A DNA stretch of 64,000 nt from Eledone cirrhosa (Eukaryota). Within the stretch, counting starts at the first letter, position 1. Each line of letters begins with the position of its first letter. The position numbers and the translations under genes are program-made. Shown here piece after piece: positions 43,672 to 57,636 of the stretch. Under the pieces are notes generated by a model. The model saw only the letters and a list, made by a program, of their open reading frames with translations. It was not told the DNA's origin and searched no databases. The stretch is from NCBI GenBank assembly GCA_964016885.1, contig OZ024741.1, forward strand, positions 273,482,001 through 273,546,000, in the 5' to 3' direction.

Positions 43672-46600
43672 CGCTATCAGACCAGATAGTGTCTGTATGT
43701 CACTATGTCACGGCTATCAGACCAGATAGTGTCTGTAAAGTGTCTGTATGTCACTATGTCACTGTTATCAGACCAGATAGTGTCTGTAAAGTGTCTGTAT
43801 GTCACTATGTCACTGTTATCAGACCAGATAGTGTCTCTAATGTGTCTGTATGTCACTATGTCACCGCTATCAGACCAGATAGTGTCTGTATGTCACTATG
43901 TCACCGCTATCAGACCAGATAGTGTCTGTATGTCACTATGTCACTGTTATCAGACTAGATAGTGTCTGTAAAGTGTCTGTATGTCACTATGTCACTGTTA
44001 TCAGACTAGATAGTGTCTGTAAAGTTTCTGTATGTCATTATGTCACTGTTATCAGACCAGATAGTGTCTGTAATGTGTCTGTATGTCACTATGTCACCGC
44101 TATCAGACCAGATAGTGTCTGTATGTCACTATGTCACCGCTATCAGACCAGATAGTGTCTGTATGTCACTATGTCGCCGCTATCGGACCAGATAATGTCT
44201 GCAATGTGGCTGTATGTCACTATGTCACTGTTATCAGACCAGATAGTGTCTGTAAAGTGTCTGTATGTCACTATGTCACTGTTATCAGACTAGATAGTGT
44301 CTGTAAAGTTTCTGTATGTCACTATGTCACTGTTATCAGACCAGATAGTGTCTGTAATGTGTCTGTATGTCACTATGTCACCGCTATCAGACCAGATAGT
44401 GTCTGTATGTCACTATGTCACGGCTATCAGAACAGATAGTGTCTGTAAAGTGTCTGTATGTCACTATGTCACTGTTATCAGACCAGATAGTGTCTGTAAA
44501 GTGTCTGTATGTCACTATGTCACTGTTATCAGACCAGATAGTGTCTGTAAAGTGTCTGTATGTCACTATGTCACCGTTATCAGACCAGATAGTGTCTGTA
44601 AAATGTCTGTATGTCACTATGTCACTGTTATCAGACCAGATAGTGTCTGTAAAGTGTCTGTGTGTCACTATGTCACCACTATCAGACCAGATAGTGTCTG
44701 TAAAGTGTCTATATGTCACTATGTCACCGCTATCAGACCAGATAGTATCTGTAAAGTCTCTGTATGTCACTATGTCACTGTTATCAGACCAGATAGTGTC
44801 TTTAAAGTGTCTGTATGTCACTATGTCACCGTTATCAGACCAGATAGTGTCTGTAAAGTGTCTTTATGTCACTATGTCACCGTTATCAGACTAGATAGTG
44901 TCTGTAAAGTGTCTGTATATCACTATGTCATCGCTATCAGACCAGATAGTGTCTGTAAAGTGCCTGTATGTCACTATGTCACTGTTATCAGACCAGATAG
45001 TGTCTGTAAAGTGTCTGTATGTCACTGTGTCACCGTTATCCGACCAGATAGTGTCTGTAAAGTGTCTGTATGTCACTGTGTCACCGTTATCAGACCAGAT
45101 AGTGTCTGTAAAGTGTCTGTATGTCACTATGTCACTTTTATCAGACCAGATAGTGTCTGTAAAGTGTCTGTATGTCACTATGTCACTGTTATCAGACCAG
45201 ATAGTGTCAGTAAAGTGTCTGTATATCACTATCTCACCGCCATCAGACCAGATAGTGTCTGTATGTCACTATGTCACTGTTATCAGACCAGATAGTGTCT
45301 GTAAAGTGTCTGTATGTCACTATGTCACTGTTATCAGACCAGATAGTGTCTGTAATGTGTCTGTATGTCACTATGTCACCGCTATCAGACCAGATAGTGC
45401 CTGTAATGTGTCTGTATGTCACTATGTCACCGCTATCAGACCAGATAGTGTCTGTAAAGTGTCTGTATGTCACTATGTCACCGTTATCAGACCAGATAGT
45501 GTCTGTAAAGTAGCTGTATGTCACTGTGTCAACGCTATCAGACCAGATAGTGTCTGTAATGTGGCTGTATGTCACTATGTCACCGTTATCAGACCAGATA
45601 GTGTCTGTAATGTGTCTGTATGTCACTATGTCACCGCAATCAGACCAGATAGTGTCTGTAAAGTGTCTGTATGTCACTATGTCACCGTTATCAGACTAGA
45701 TAGTGTCTGGAAAGTGTCTGTATGTCACTATGTCACTGTTATCAGACCAGATAGTGTCTGTAAAGTGTCTGTATGTCACTATGTCACTGTTATCAGACCA
45801 GATAGTGTCTGTAACGTGTCTGTATGTCACTATGTGACCACTCTCAGACCAGATAGTGTCTGTAAAGTGTCTGTATGTCACAATGTCACTGTTATCAGAC
45901 TAGATAGTGTCTGTAAAGTTTCTGTATGTCACTATGTCACTGTTATCAGACCAGATAGTGTCTGTAATGTGTCTGTATGTCACTATGTCACCGCTATCAG
46001 ACCAGATAGTGTCTGTATGTCACTATGTCACGGCTATCAGAACAGATAGTGTCTGTAAAGTGTCTGTATGTCACTATGTCACTGTTATCAGACCAGATAG
46101 TGTCTGTAAAGTGTCTGTATGTCACTATGTCACTGTTATCAGACCAGATAGTGTCTGTAAAGTGTCTGTATGTCACTATGTCACCGTTATCAGACCAGAT
46201 AGTGTCTGTAAAATGTCTGTATGTCACTATGTCACTGTTATCAGACCAGATAGTGTCTGTAAAGTGTCTGTGTGTCACTATGTCACCACTATCAGACCAG
46301 ATAGTGTCTGTAAAGTGTCTATATGTCACTATGTCACCGCTATCAGACCAGATAGTATCTGTAAAGTCTCTGTATATCACTATGTCATCGCTATCAGACC
46401 AGATAGTGTCTGTAAAGTGCCTGTATGTCACTATGTCACTGTTATCAGACCAGATAGTGTCTGTAAAGTGTCTGTATGTCACTGTGTCACCGTTATCCGA
46501 CCAGATAGTGTCTGTAAAGTGTCTGTATGTCACTGTGTCACCGTTATCAGACCAGATAGTGTCTGTAAAGTGTCTGTATATCACTATGTCACTTTTATCA

Positions 46601-49600
46601 GACCAGATAGTGTCTGTAAAGTGTCTGTATGTCACTATGTCACTGTTATCAGACCAGATAGTGTCTGTAATGTGTCTGTATGTCACTATGTCACCGCTAT
46701 CAGACCAGATAGTGTCTGTAAAGTGGCTGTATTTCACTATGTCACCGCTATCAGACCAGATAGTGTCTGTAAAGTGTCTGTATGTCACTATGTCACTGTT
46801 ATCAGACCAGATAGTGTCTGTAATGTGTCTGTATGTCACTATGTCACCGCTATCAGACCAGATAGTGTCAGTAAAGTGTCTGTATATCACTATCTCACCG
46901 CCATCAGACCAGATAGTGTCTGTATGTCACTATGTCACTGTTATCAGACCAGATAGTGTCTGTAAAGTGTCTGTATATCACTATGTCATCGCTATCAGAC
47001 CAGATAGTGTCTGTAAAGTGCCTGTATGTCACTATGTCACTGTTATCAGACCAGATAGTGTCTGTAATGTGTCTGTATGTCACTATGTCACCGCTATCAG
47101 ACCAGATAGTGCCTGTAATGTGTCTGTATGTCACTATGTCACCGCTATCAGACCAGATAGTGTCTGTAAAGTGTCTGTATGTCACTATGTCACCGTTATC
47201 AGACCAGATAGTGTCTGTAAAGTGGCTGTATGTCACTGTGTCACCGCTATCAGACCAGATAGTGTCTGTAATGTGGCTGTATGTCACTATGTCACCGTTA
47301 TCAGACCAGATAGTGTCTGTAATGTGTCTGTATGTCACTATGTCACCGCAATCAGACCAGATAGTGTCTGTAAAGTGTCTGTATGTCACTATGTCACCGT
47401 TATCAGACTAGATAGTGTCTGGAAAGTGTCTGTATGTCACTATGTCACTGTTATCAGACCAGATAGTGTCTGTAAAGTGTCTGTATGTCACTATGTCACT
47501 GTTATCAGACCAGATAGTGTCTGTAACGTGTCTGTATGTCACTATGTGACCACTATCAGACCAGATAGTGTCTGTAAAGTGTCTGTATGTCACAATGTCA
47601 CTGTTATCAGACCAGATAGGGTCTGTAAAGTTTCTGTGTGTCACTATGTCACCGCTATCAGACCAGATAGTGTCTGTATGTCACAATGTCACCGCTATCA
47701 GACCAGATAGTGTCTTTAAAGTCTCTGCATGTCACTATGTCACTGTTATCAGACCAGATAGTGTCTGTAAAGTGTCTGTGTGTCACTATGTCACTGTTAT
47801 CAGACAAGACAGTGTCTGTAATGTGTCTGTATGTCACTATGTCACCGCTATCAGACCAGATAGTGTCTGTATGTCACTGTGTCACCACTATCAGACCAGA
47901 TAGTGTCTGTAAAGTGTCTGTATGTCACTATGTCACTGTTATCAGACCAGATAGTGTCTGTAAAGTGTGTGTATGTCACTATGTCACTGTTATCAGACCA
48001 GATAGTGTCTGTAAAGTGGCTGTATGTCACTATGTCACCGTTATCAGACCAGATAGTGTCTGTAACGTATCTGTATGTCACTATGTCACCGTTATCAGAC
48101 CAGATAGTGTCTGTAAAGTGGCTGTATGTCACTATGTCACCGCTCTCAGACCAAATAATGTCTGTAATGTGTCTGTATTTCACTATGTCACCGCTATCAG
48201 ACCAGACAGTGTCTGTAATGTGTCTGTATGTCACTATGTCACCGCTATCAGACCAGATAGTGTCTGGAAAATGTCTGTAAGTCACTATGTCACCGCTATC
48301 AGACCAGATAGTGTCTGTAAAGTGTCTGTATGTCACTATGTCACTGTTATCAGACCAGATAGTGTCTATAATGTGTCTGTATGTCACTGTGTCACCGTTA
48401 TCAGACCAGATAGTGTCTGTAAAGTGTCTGTATGTCACTGTGTCACCGTTATCAGACCAGATAGTGTCTGTAAAGTGTCTGTATGTCACCATGTCACTGT
48501 TATCAGACCAGATAGTGTCTGTAAAGTGTCTGTATGTCACTATGTCACTGTTATCAGACCAGATAGTGTCTGTAACGTGTCTGTATGTCACTATATGACC
48601 ACTATCAGACCAGATAGTGTCTGTAAAGTGTCTGTATGTCACTATGTCACTGTTATCAGACCAGAAGTGTCTGTAAAGTGTCTGTGTGTCACTATGTCAC
48701 CGCTATCAGACCAGATAGTGTCTGTATGTCACAATGTCACCACTATAAGACCAGATAGTGTCTGTAACGTGTCTGTATGTCACTATGTCACTGTTATCAG
48801 ACCAGATAGTGTCTGTAAAGTGTCTGTGTGTCACTATGTCACTGTTATCAGACCAGATAGTGTCTGTAAAGTGTCTGTGTGTCACTATGTCACCGCTATC
48901 AGACCAGATAGTGTCTGTATGTCACAATGTCACCACTATCAGACCAGATAGTGTCTGTAAAATCTCTGCATGTCACTATGTCACTCTTATCAGACCAGAT
49001 AGTGTCTGTAAAGTGTCTGTATGTCACTATGTCACTGTTATCAGACAAGACAGTGTCTGTAATGTGTCTGTATGTCACTATGCCACCGCTATCAGACCAG
49101 ATAGTGTCTGTATGTCACTATGTCACTGTTATCAGACCAGATAGTGTCTGTAAAGTGTCTGTATGTCACTGTGTCACTGTTATCAGACCAGATAGTGTCT
49201 GTAAAGTGTGTGTATGTCACTATGTCACTGTTATCAGACCAGATAGTGTCTGTAAAATGGCTGTATGTCACTATGTCACTGTTATCAGACCAGATAGTGT
49301 CTGTAAAGTGGCTGTATGTCACTATGCCACCGCTATCAGACCAGATAGTGTCTGTAAAGTGGTGTATGTCACTATGTCACTGTTATTAAACCAGATAGTG
49401 TCTGTAAAGTGGCTGTATGTCACTATGTCACTGTTATCAGACCAGATAGTGTCTGTAAAGTGGCTGTATGTCACTATGTCACAACTATCAGACCAGATAG
49501 TGTCTGTAAAGTGTCTGTATGTCACTGTGTCACCGCTATCAGACCAGATAGAGTCTGTGAAGTGGCTGTATGTCAATGTATCACCGCTATAAGACCAGAT

Positions 49601-52079
49601 GATGTCTGTAAAGTGTCTTTATGTAACTATGTCACTGTTATCTGACCAGATAGTGTCTGTGTGTCACTGTGTCACCGTTATCAGACCAGATAGTGTCTGT
49701 AAAGTGTCTGTATGTCACTATGTCACCGCTATCAGACCAGATAATGTCTGTAAAGTGTCTGTATGTCACTACGTCACCGTTATCAGACCAGATAGTGTCT
49801 GTATGTCACTATGTCACCGTTATCAGACCAGATAGTGTCTGTATGTCACTGCGTCACCGTTATCAGACCAGATAGTGTCTGTAAAGTGTCTGTGTGTCAC
49901 TATGTCACGGCCATCAGACCAGATAGTGTCTGTAAAGTGTCTGTATGTCACCATGTCACCGTTATCAGACCAGATAGTGTCTGTATGTCACTATCTCACC
50001 GTTATCAGACCAGATAGTGTCTGTATGTCACTGTGTCACAGTTATCAGACCAGATAGTGTCTGTAAAGTGTCTGTATGTCACTATGTTACCGTTATCAGA
50101 CCAGATAGTGTCTGTAAAGTGTCTGTATGTCACTGTGTCACAGCTATCAGACCACACAGTGTCTGTAATGTGACTGTATGTCACTATGTCACCGCTATCA
50201 GGCCGGCTAGTGTCTGCATGTCACTGTGTCACTGTTATCAGACCAGATAGTGTCTGTAAAGTGTCTGTATGTCACTATGTCACCGTTATTAGACCAGATA
50301 GTGTCTGTAAAGTGTCTGTATGTCACTGTGTCACCGCTATCAGACCAGACAGTGCCTGTAATGTGGCTGTATGTCACTATGTCACCGCTATCAGACCAGA
50401 TAGTGTCTGTAAAGTGTCTGTATGTCACTATGTCACCGCTATCAGACCAGATAGTGTCTGTATGTCACTATGTCACGGCTATCAGACCAGATAGTGTCTT
50501 TAAACTGTCTGTATGTTACTATGTCACCGCTATCAGACCAGATAGTGTCTGTAAAGTGTTGGTATGTCACTATGTCACCGTTATCAGAGCAGATAGTGTC
50601 TGTAAAGTGTCTGTATGTCCCTATGTCTCTGTTATCAGACCAGATAATGTCTGTAAAGTGTCTGTATGTCACTATGTCACCGCTATCAGACCAGATAGTG
50701 TCTGTAAAGTGTCTGTATGTCACTATGTCACCGCTATCTGACCAGATAGTGTCTTTAAAGTGTCTGTATGTCACTATGTCACCGCTATCAGACCAGATGG
50801 TGTCTGTAAAGTGTCTGTATGTCACTATGTCACTGCTATCAGACCAGATGGTGTCTGTAAAGTGGTTGTATGTCACTATGTCACCGTTATCAGACCAGAT
50901 AGTGTCTGTAAAGTGTCTGTATGTCACTATGTCACTGTTATCAGACCAGATAGTGTCTGTAAAGTGTCTTTATGTCACTATGTCACCGCTATCAGACCAG
51001 ATGGTGTCTGTAAAGTGTCTGTATGTCACTATGTCACCGCTATCAGACCAGATGGTGTCTGTAAAGTGTCTGTATGTCACTATGTCACCGCTATCAGACC
51101 AGATAGTGTCTGTAAAGTGTCTGTATGTCACTATGTCACTGTTATCAGACAAGATAGTGTCTGTAATGTGACTGTATGTCACTATGTCACAGCTATCAGA
51201 CCAGATGGTGTCTGTAAAGTGGTTGTATGTCACTATGTCACTGTTATCAGACCAGATAGTGTCTGTAAAGTGTCTGTATGTCACTATGTCACTGTTATCT
51301 GACCAGATAGTGTCTGTAAAGTGGTTGTATGTCACTATGTCACCGCTATCAGACCAGATAGTGTCTGTAAAGTGTCTGTGTGTCACTGTGTCACCGTTAT
51401 CAGACCAGATAGTGTCTGTAAAGTGTCTGTATGTCACTATGTCACCGCTATCAGACCAGACAGTGTCTGTAATGTGGCTGTATGTCACTGTGTCACAGCT
51501 ATCAGACCAGATAGTGTCTGTAAAGTGTCTGTATGTCACTATGTCACCGCTATCAGACCAGATAGTGTCTGTATGTCACTATGTCACCGTTTTCAGACCA
51601 GATAGTGTCTGTAATGTGGCTGTATGTCACTATGTCACCGCTATCAGACCAGATAGTGTCTGCAAAGTGTCTGTATGTCACTATGTCCCCGCTATCAGAC
51701 CAGATAGTGTCTGTATGTCACTATGTCACCGCTATCAGACCAGATAGTGTCTGTAAAGTGTCTGTATGTTACTATGTCACCGCTATCAGACCAGATAGTG
51801 TCTGTAAAGTGTCTGTATGTCACTATGTCACCGTTATCAGAGCAGATAGTGTCTGTAAAGTGTCTGTATGTCACTATATCACCGCTATCAGACCAGATGG
51901 TGTCTGTAAAGTGGCTGTATGTCACTATGTCACCGTTATCAGACCAGATAGTGTCTGTAATGTGTCTGAATGTCACTATGTCACTGTTATCAGACCAGAT
52001 AGTGTCTGTAAAGTGTCTGAATGTCACTATGTCACTGTTATCAGACCAGTTAGTGTCTGTAAAGTGTCTGTATGTTACT

Positions 52080-55000
52080 ATGTCACCGCTATCAGACCAG
52101 ATAGTGTCTGTAATGTGTCTGTATGTCACTATGTCACCGCTATCAGACCAGATGGTGTCTGTAATGTGGCTGTATGTCACTATGTCACCGCTATCAGACC
52201 AGATGGTCTCTGTAAAGTGGCTGTATGTCACTATGTCACTGTTATCAGACCAGATGGTGTCTGTAAAGTGTCTGTATGTCACTATGACACCACTATCAGA
52301 CCAGATAGTGTCTGTAAAGTGTCTGTATGTCACTATGTCACCGCTATCAGACCAGATAGTGTCTGTAAAGTGGTTGTATGTCACTATGTCACCGTTATCA
52401 GACCAGATAGTGTCTGTAAAGTGTCTGTATGTCACTATGTCACTGTTATCAGACCAGATAGTGTCTGTAAAGTGTCTGTATGTCACTATGTCACCGCTAT
52501 CAGACCAGATGGTGTCTGTAAAGTGTCTGTATGTCACTATGTCACCGCTATCAGACCAGATGGTGTCTGTAAAGTGTCTGTATGTCACTATGTCACGGCT
52601 ATCAGAACAGATAGTGTCTGTATGTCACTATGTCACCGTTATCCGACCAGATAGTGTCTGTAATGTGACTGTATGTCACTATGTCACCGCTATCAGGCCA
52701 GATTGTGTCTGTATGTCACTGCGTCACTGTTATCAGACCAGATAGTGTCTGTAAAGTGTCTGTGTGTCACTATGTCACGGCCATCAGACCAGATAGTGTC
52801 TGTAAAGTGTCTGTATGTCACCATGTCACCATTATCAAACGAGATAGTGTCTGTAAAGTGTCTGTATGACACCATGTCACCGTTATCAGACCAGATAGTA
52901 TCTGTATGTCACTATGTCACCGTTATCAGACCAGATAGTGTCTGTATGTCACTGTGTCACAGTTAACAGACCAGATAGTGTCTGTAAAGTGTCTGTACGT
53001 CACTATGTTACCGTTATCAGACCAGATAGTGTCTGTAAAGTGTCTGTATGTCACTGTGTCACCGCTATCAGACCAGACAGTGTCTGTAATGTGACTGTAT
53101 GTCACTATGTCACCGCTATCAGGCCAGCTAGTGTCTGTATGTCCCTGTGTCACTGTTATCAGACCAGATAGTGTCTGTAAAGTGTCTGTATGTCACTATG
53201 TCACCGTTATTAGACCAGATAGTGTCTGTAATGTGGCTGTATGTCACTATGTCAGCGCTATCAGACCAGATAGTGTCTGTAAAGTGTCTGTATGTCACTA
53301 TGTCACCGCTATCAGACCAGATAGTGTCTGTATGTCACTATGTCACCGTTATCAGACCAGACAGTGTCTGTAAAGTGTCTGTATGTCACTATGTCACCGC
53401 TATCAGACCAGATAGTGTCTGTAAAGTGTCTGTATGTCACTAAGTCACCGCTATCAGACCAGAGAGTATCTGTAAAGTGTCTGTATGTCACTATATCACC
53501 GCTATCATACAAGATAGTGTCTGTAAAGTTTTTGTATGTCACTATGTCACCGCTATCAGACCAGATAGTGTCTGTAATGTGGCTGTATGTCACTGTGTCA
53601 CCGCTATCAGACCAGATAGTGTCTGTAAAGTGTCTGTATATCACTATGTCACTGTTATCAGACCATATAGTGTCTGTAAAGTGTCTGTATGTCACTATGT
53701 CACCGCTATCAGACAAGATAGTGTCTGTAATGTGGCTGTATGTCACTATGTCACCGCTTTCAGACCAGATAGTGCCTGTAAAGTGTCTGTATGTCACTAT
53801 GTCACCGCTATCAGACAAGATAGTGTCTGTAATGTGGCTGTATGTCACTGTGTCACCGCTATCAGACCAGATAGTGTCTGTAAAGTGTCTGTATATCACT
53901 ATGTCACTGTTATCAGACCATATAGTGTCTGTAAAGTGTCTGTATGTCACTATGTCACAGCTATCAGACAAGATAGTGTCTGTAATGTGGCTGTATGTCA
54001 CTATGTCACCGCTATCAGACCAGATAGTGTCTGTATATCACTATGTCACCGCTATCAGACCAGATAGTGTCTGTAAAGTGTCTGTATGTCACTATGTCAC
54101 TGTTATCAGACCAGATAGTGTCTGTAAAGTGTCTGTATGTCACTATGTCACTGTTATCAGACCAGATAGTGTCTGTAAAGTGTCTGTATGTCACTATGTC
54201 ACGGCCATCAGACCAGATAGTGTCTGTAAAGTGTCTGTATGTCACTATGTCACTGTTATCAGACCAGATAGTGTCTGTAAAGTGTCTGTATGTCACTATG
54301 TCACTGTTATCAGACCAGATAGTGTCTGTAAAGTGTCTGTATGTCACTATGTCACCGCTATCAGTCCAGATAGTGTCTGTAAAGTGTCTGAATGTCACTG
54401 TGTCACCGCTATCAGACCAGACAGTGTCTGTAATGTGGCTGTATGTCATTATGTCACCGCTATCAGACCAGATAGTGTCTGTAAAGTGTCTGTATGTCAC
54501 TATGTCACCGCTATCAGACCACATAGTGTCTGTAAAGTGGCTGTATGTCACTATGTCACCGCTATCAGACCAAATAGTCTCTGTAAAGTGTCTGTATGTC
54601 ACTATATCACTGTTATCAGACCAGATAGTGTCTGTAAAGTGTCTGAATGTCACTATGTCACGGCTATCAGAACAGATAGTGTCTGTATGTCACTATGTCA
54701 CCGTTATCCGACCAGATAGTATCTGTAATGTGACTGTATGTCACTATGTCACCGCTATCAGGCCAGATAGTGTCTGTATGTCACCGCGTCACTGTTATCA
54801 GACCAGATAGTGTCTGTAAAGTGTCTGTATGTCACTATGTCACGGCCATCAGACCAGATAGTGTCTGTAAAGTGTCTGTATGTCACCATGTCACCGCTAT
54901 CAGACCAGATAGTGTCTGTAATGTGTCTGTATGTCACTATGTCACCGCTATCAGACCAGATGGTGTCTGTAATGTGGCTGTATGTCACTATGTCACCGCT

Positions 55001-57636
55001 ATCAGACCAGATGGTCTCTGTAAAGTGGCTGTATGTCACTATGTCACTGTTATCAGACCAGATGGTGTCTGTAAAGTGTCTGTATGTCACTATGACACCA
55101 CTATCAGACCAGATAGTGTCTGTAAAGTGTCTGTATGTCACTATGTCACCGCTATCAGACCAGATAGTGTCTGTAAAGTGGTTGTATGTCACTATGTCAC
55201 CGTTATCAGACCAGATAGTGTCTGTAAAGTGTCTGTATGTCACTATGTCACTGTTATCAGACCAGATAGTGTCTGTAAAGTGTCTGTATGTCACTATGTC
55301 ACCGCTATCAGACCAGATGGTGTCTGTAAAGTGTCTGTATGTCACTATGTCACCGCTATCAGACCAGATGGTGTCTGTAAAGTGTCTGTATGTCACTATG
55401 TCACGGCTATCAGAACAGATAGTGTCTGTATGTCACTATGTCACCGTTATCCGACCAGATAGTGTCTGTAATGTGACTGTATGTCACTATGTCACCGCTA
55501 TCAGGCCAGATTGTGTCTGTATGTCACTGCGTCACTGTTATCAGACCAGATAGTGTCTGTAAAGTGTCTGTGTGTCACTATGTCACGGCCATCAGACCAG
55601 ATAGTGTCTGTAAAGTGTCTGTATGTCACCATGTCACCGTTATCAAACGAGATAGTGTCTGTAAAGTGTCTGTATGACACCATGTCACCGTTATCAGACC
55701 AGATAGTATCTGTATGTCACTATGTCACCGTTATCAGACCAGATAGTGTCTGTATGTCACTGTGTCACAGTTAACAGACCAGATAGTGTCTGTAAAGTGT
55801 CTGTATGTCACTATGTTACCGTTATCAGACCAGATAGTGTCTGTAAAGTGTCTGTATGTCACTGTGTCACCGCTATCAGACCAGACAGTGTCTGTAATGT
55901 GACTGTATGTCACTATGTCACCGCTATCAGGCCAGCTAGTGTCTGTATGTCCCTGTGTCACTGTTATCAGACCAGATAGTGTCTGTAAAGTGTCTGTATG
56001 TCACTATGTCACCGTTATTAGACCAGATAGTGTCTGTAATGTGGCTGTATGTCACTATGTCAGCGCTATCAGACCAGATAGTGTCTGTAAAGTGTCTGTA
56101 TGTCACTATGTCACCGCTATCAGACCAGATAGTGTCTGTATGTCACTATGTCACCGTTATCAGACCAGACAGTGTCTGTAAAGTGTCTGTATGTCACTAT
56201 GTCACCGCTATCAGACCAGATAGTGTCTGTAAAGTGTCTGTATGTCACTAAGTCACCGCTATCAGACCAGAGAGTATCTGTAAAGTGTCTGTATGTCACT
56301 ATATCACGGCTATCAGACAAGATAGTGTCTGTAAAGTTTTTGTATGTCACTATGTCACCGCTATCAGACCAGATAGTGTCTGTAATGTGGCTGTATGTCA
56401 CTGTGTCACCGCTATCAGACCAGATAGTGTCTGTAAAGTGTCTGTATATCACTATGTCACTGTTATCAGACCATATAGTGTCTGTAAAGTGTCTGTATGT
56501 CACTATGTCACCGCTATCAGACAAGATAGTGTCTGTAATGTGGCTGTATATCACTATGTCACCGCTTTCAGACCAGATAGTGCCTGTAAAGTGTCTGTAT
56601 GTCACTATGTCACCGCTATCAGACAAGATAGTGTCTGTAATGTGGCTGTATGTCACTGTGTCACCGCTATCAGACCAGATAGTGTCTGTAAAGTGTCTGT
56701 ATATCACTATGTCACTGTTATCAGACCATATAGTGTCTGTAAAGTGTCTGTATGTCACTATGTCACAGCTATCAGACAAGATAGTGTCTGTAATGTGGCT
56801 GTATGTCACTATGTCACCGCTATCAGACCAGATAGTGTCTGTATATCACTATGTCACCGCTATCAGACCAGATAGTGTCTGTAAAGTGTCTGTATGTCAC
56901 TATGTCACTGTTATCAGACCAGATAGTGTCTGTAAAGTGTCTGTATGTCACTATGTCACTGTTATCAGACCAGATAGTGTCTGTAAAGTGTCTGTATGTC
57001 ACTATGTCACGGCCATCAGACCAGATAGTGTCTGTAAAGTGTCTGTATGTCACTATGTCACTGTTATCAGACCAGATAGTGTCTGTAAAGTGTCTGTATG
57101 TCACTATGTCACTGTTATCAGACCAGATAGTGTCTGTAAAGTGTCTGTATGTCACTATGTCACCGCTATCAGTCCAGATAGTGTCTGTAAAGTGTCTGAA
57201 TGTCACTGTGTCACCGCTATCAGACCAGACAGTGTCTGTAATGTGGCTGTATGTCATTATGTCACCGCTATCAGACCAGATAGTGTCTGTAAAGTGTCTG
57301 TATGTCACTATGTCACCGCTATCAGACCACATAGTGTCTGTAAAGTGGCTGTATGTCACTATGTCACCGCTATCAGACCAAATAGTCTCTGTAAAGTGTC
57401 TGTATGTCACTATATCACTGTTATCAGACCAGATAGTGTCTGTAAAGTGTCTGAATGTCACTATGTCACGGCTATCAGAACAGATAGTGTCTGTATGTCA
57501 CTATGTCACCGTTATCCGACCAGATAGTATCTGTAATGTGACTGTATGTCACTATGTCACCGCTATCAGGCCAGATAGTGTCTGTATGTCACCGCGTCAC
57601 TGTTATCAGACCAGATAGTGTCTGTAAAGTGTCTGT
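52080..57636 (+). repeat. Tandem duplication, period 2808 bp (48x51 + 9x40), with a few substitutions between copies
   Basis: ORF pairs 52673/55481, 53340/56148, 54043/56851 and 54746/57554 have offset 2808. Differences are visible at about 52831/55639, 52998/55806 and 53500-53508/56308-56316. Confidence 0.92.
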
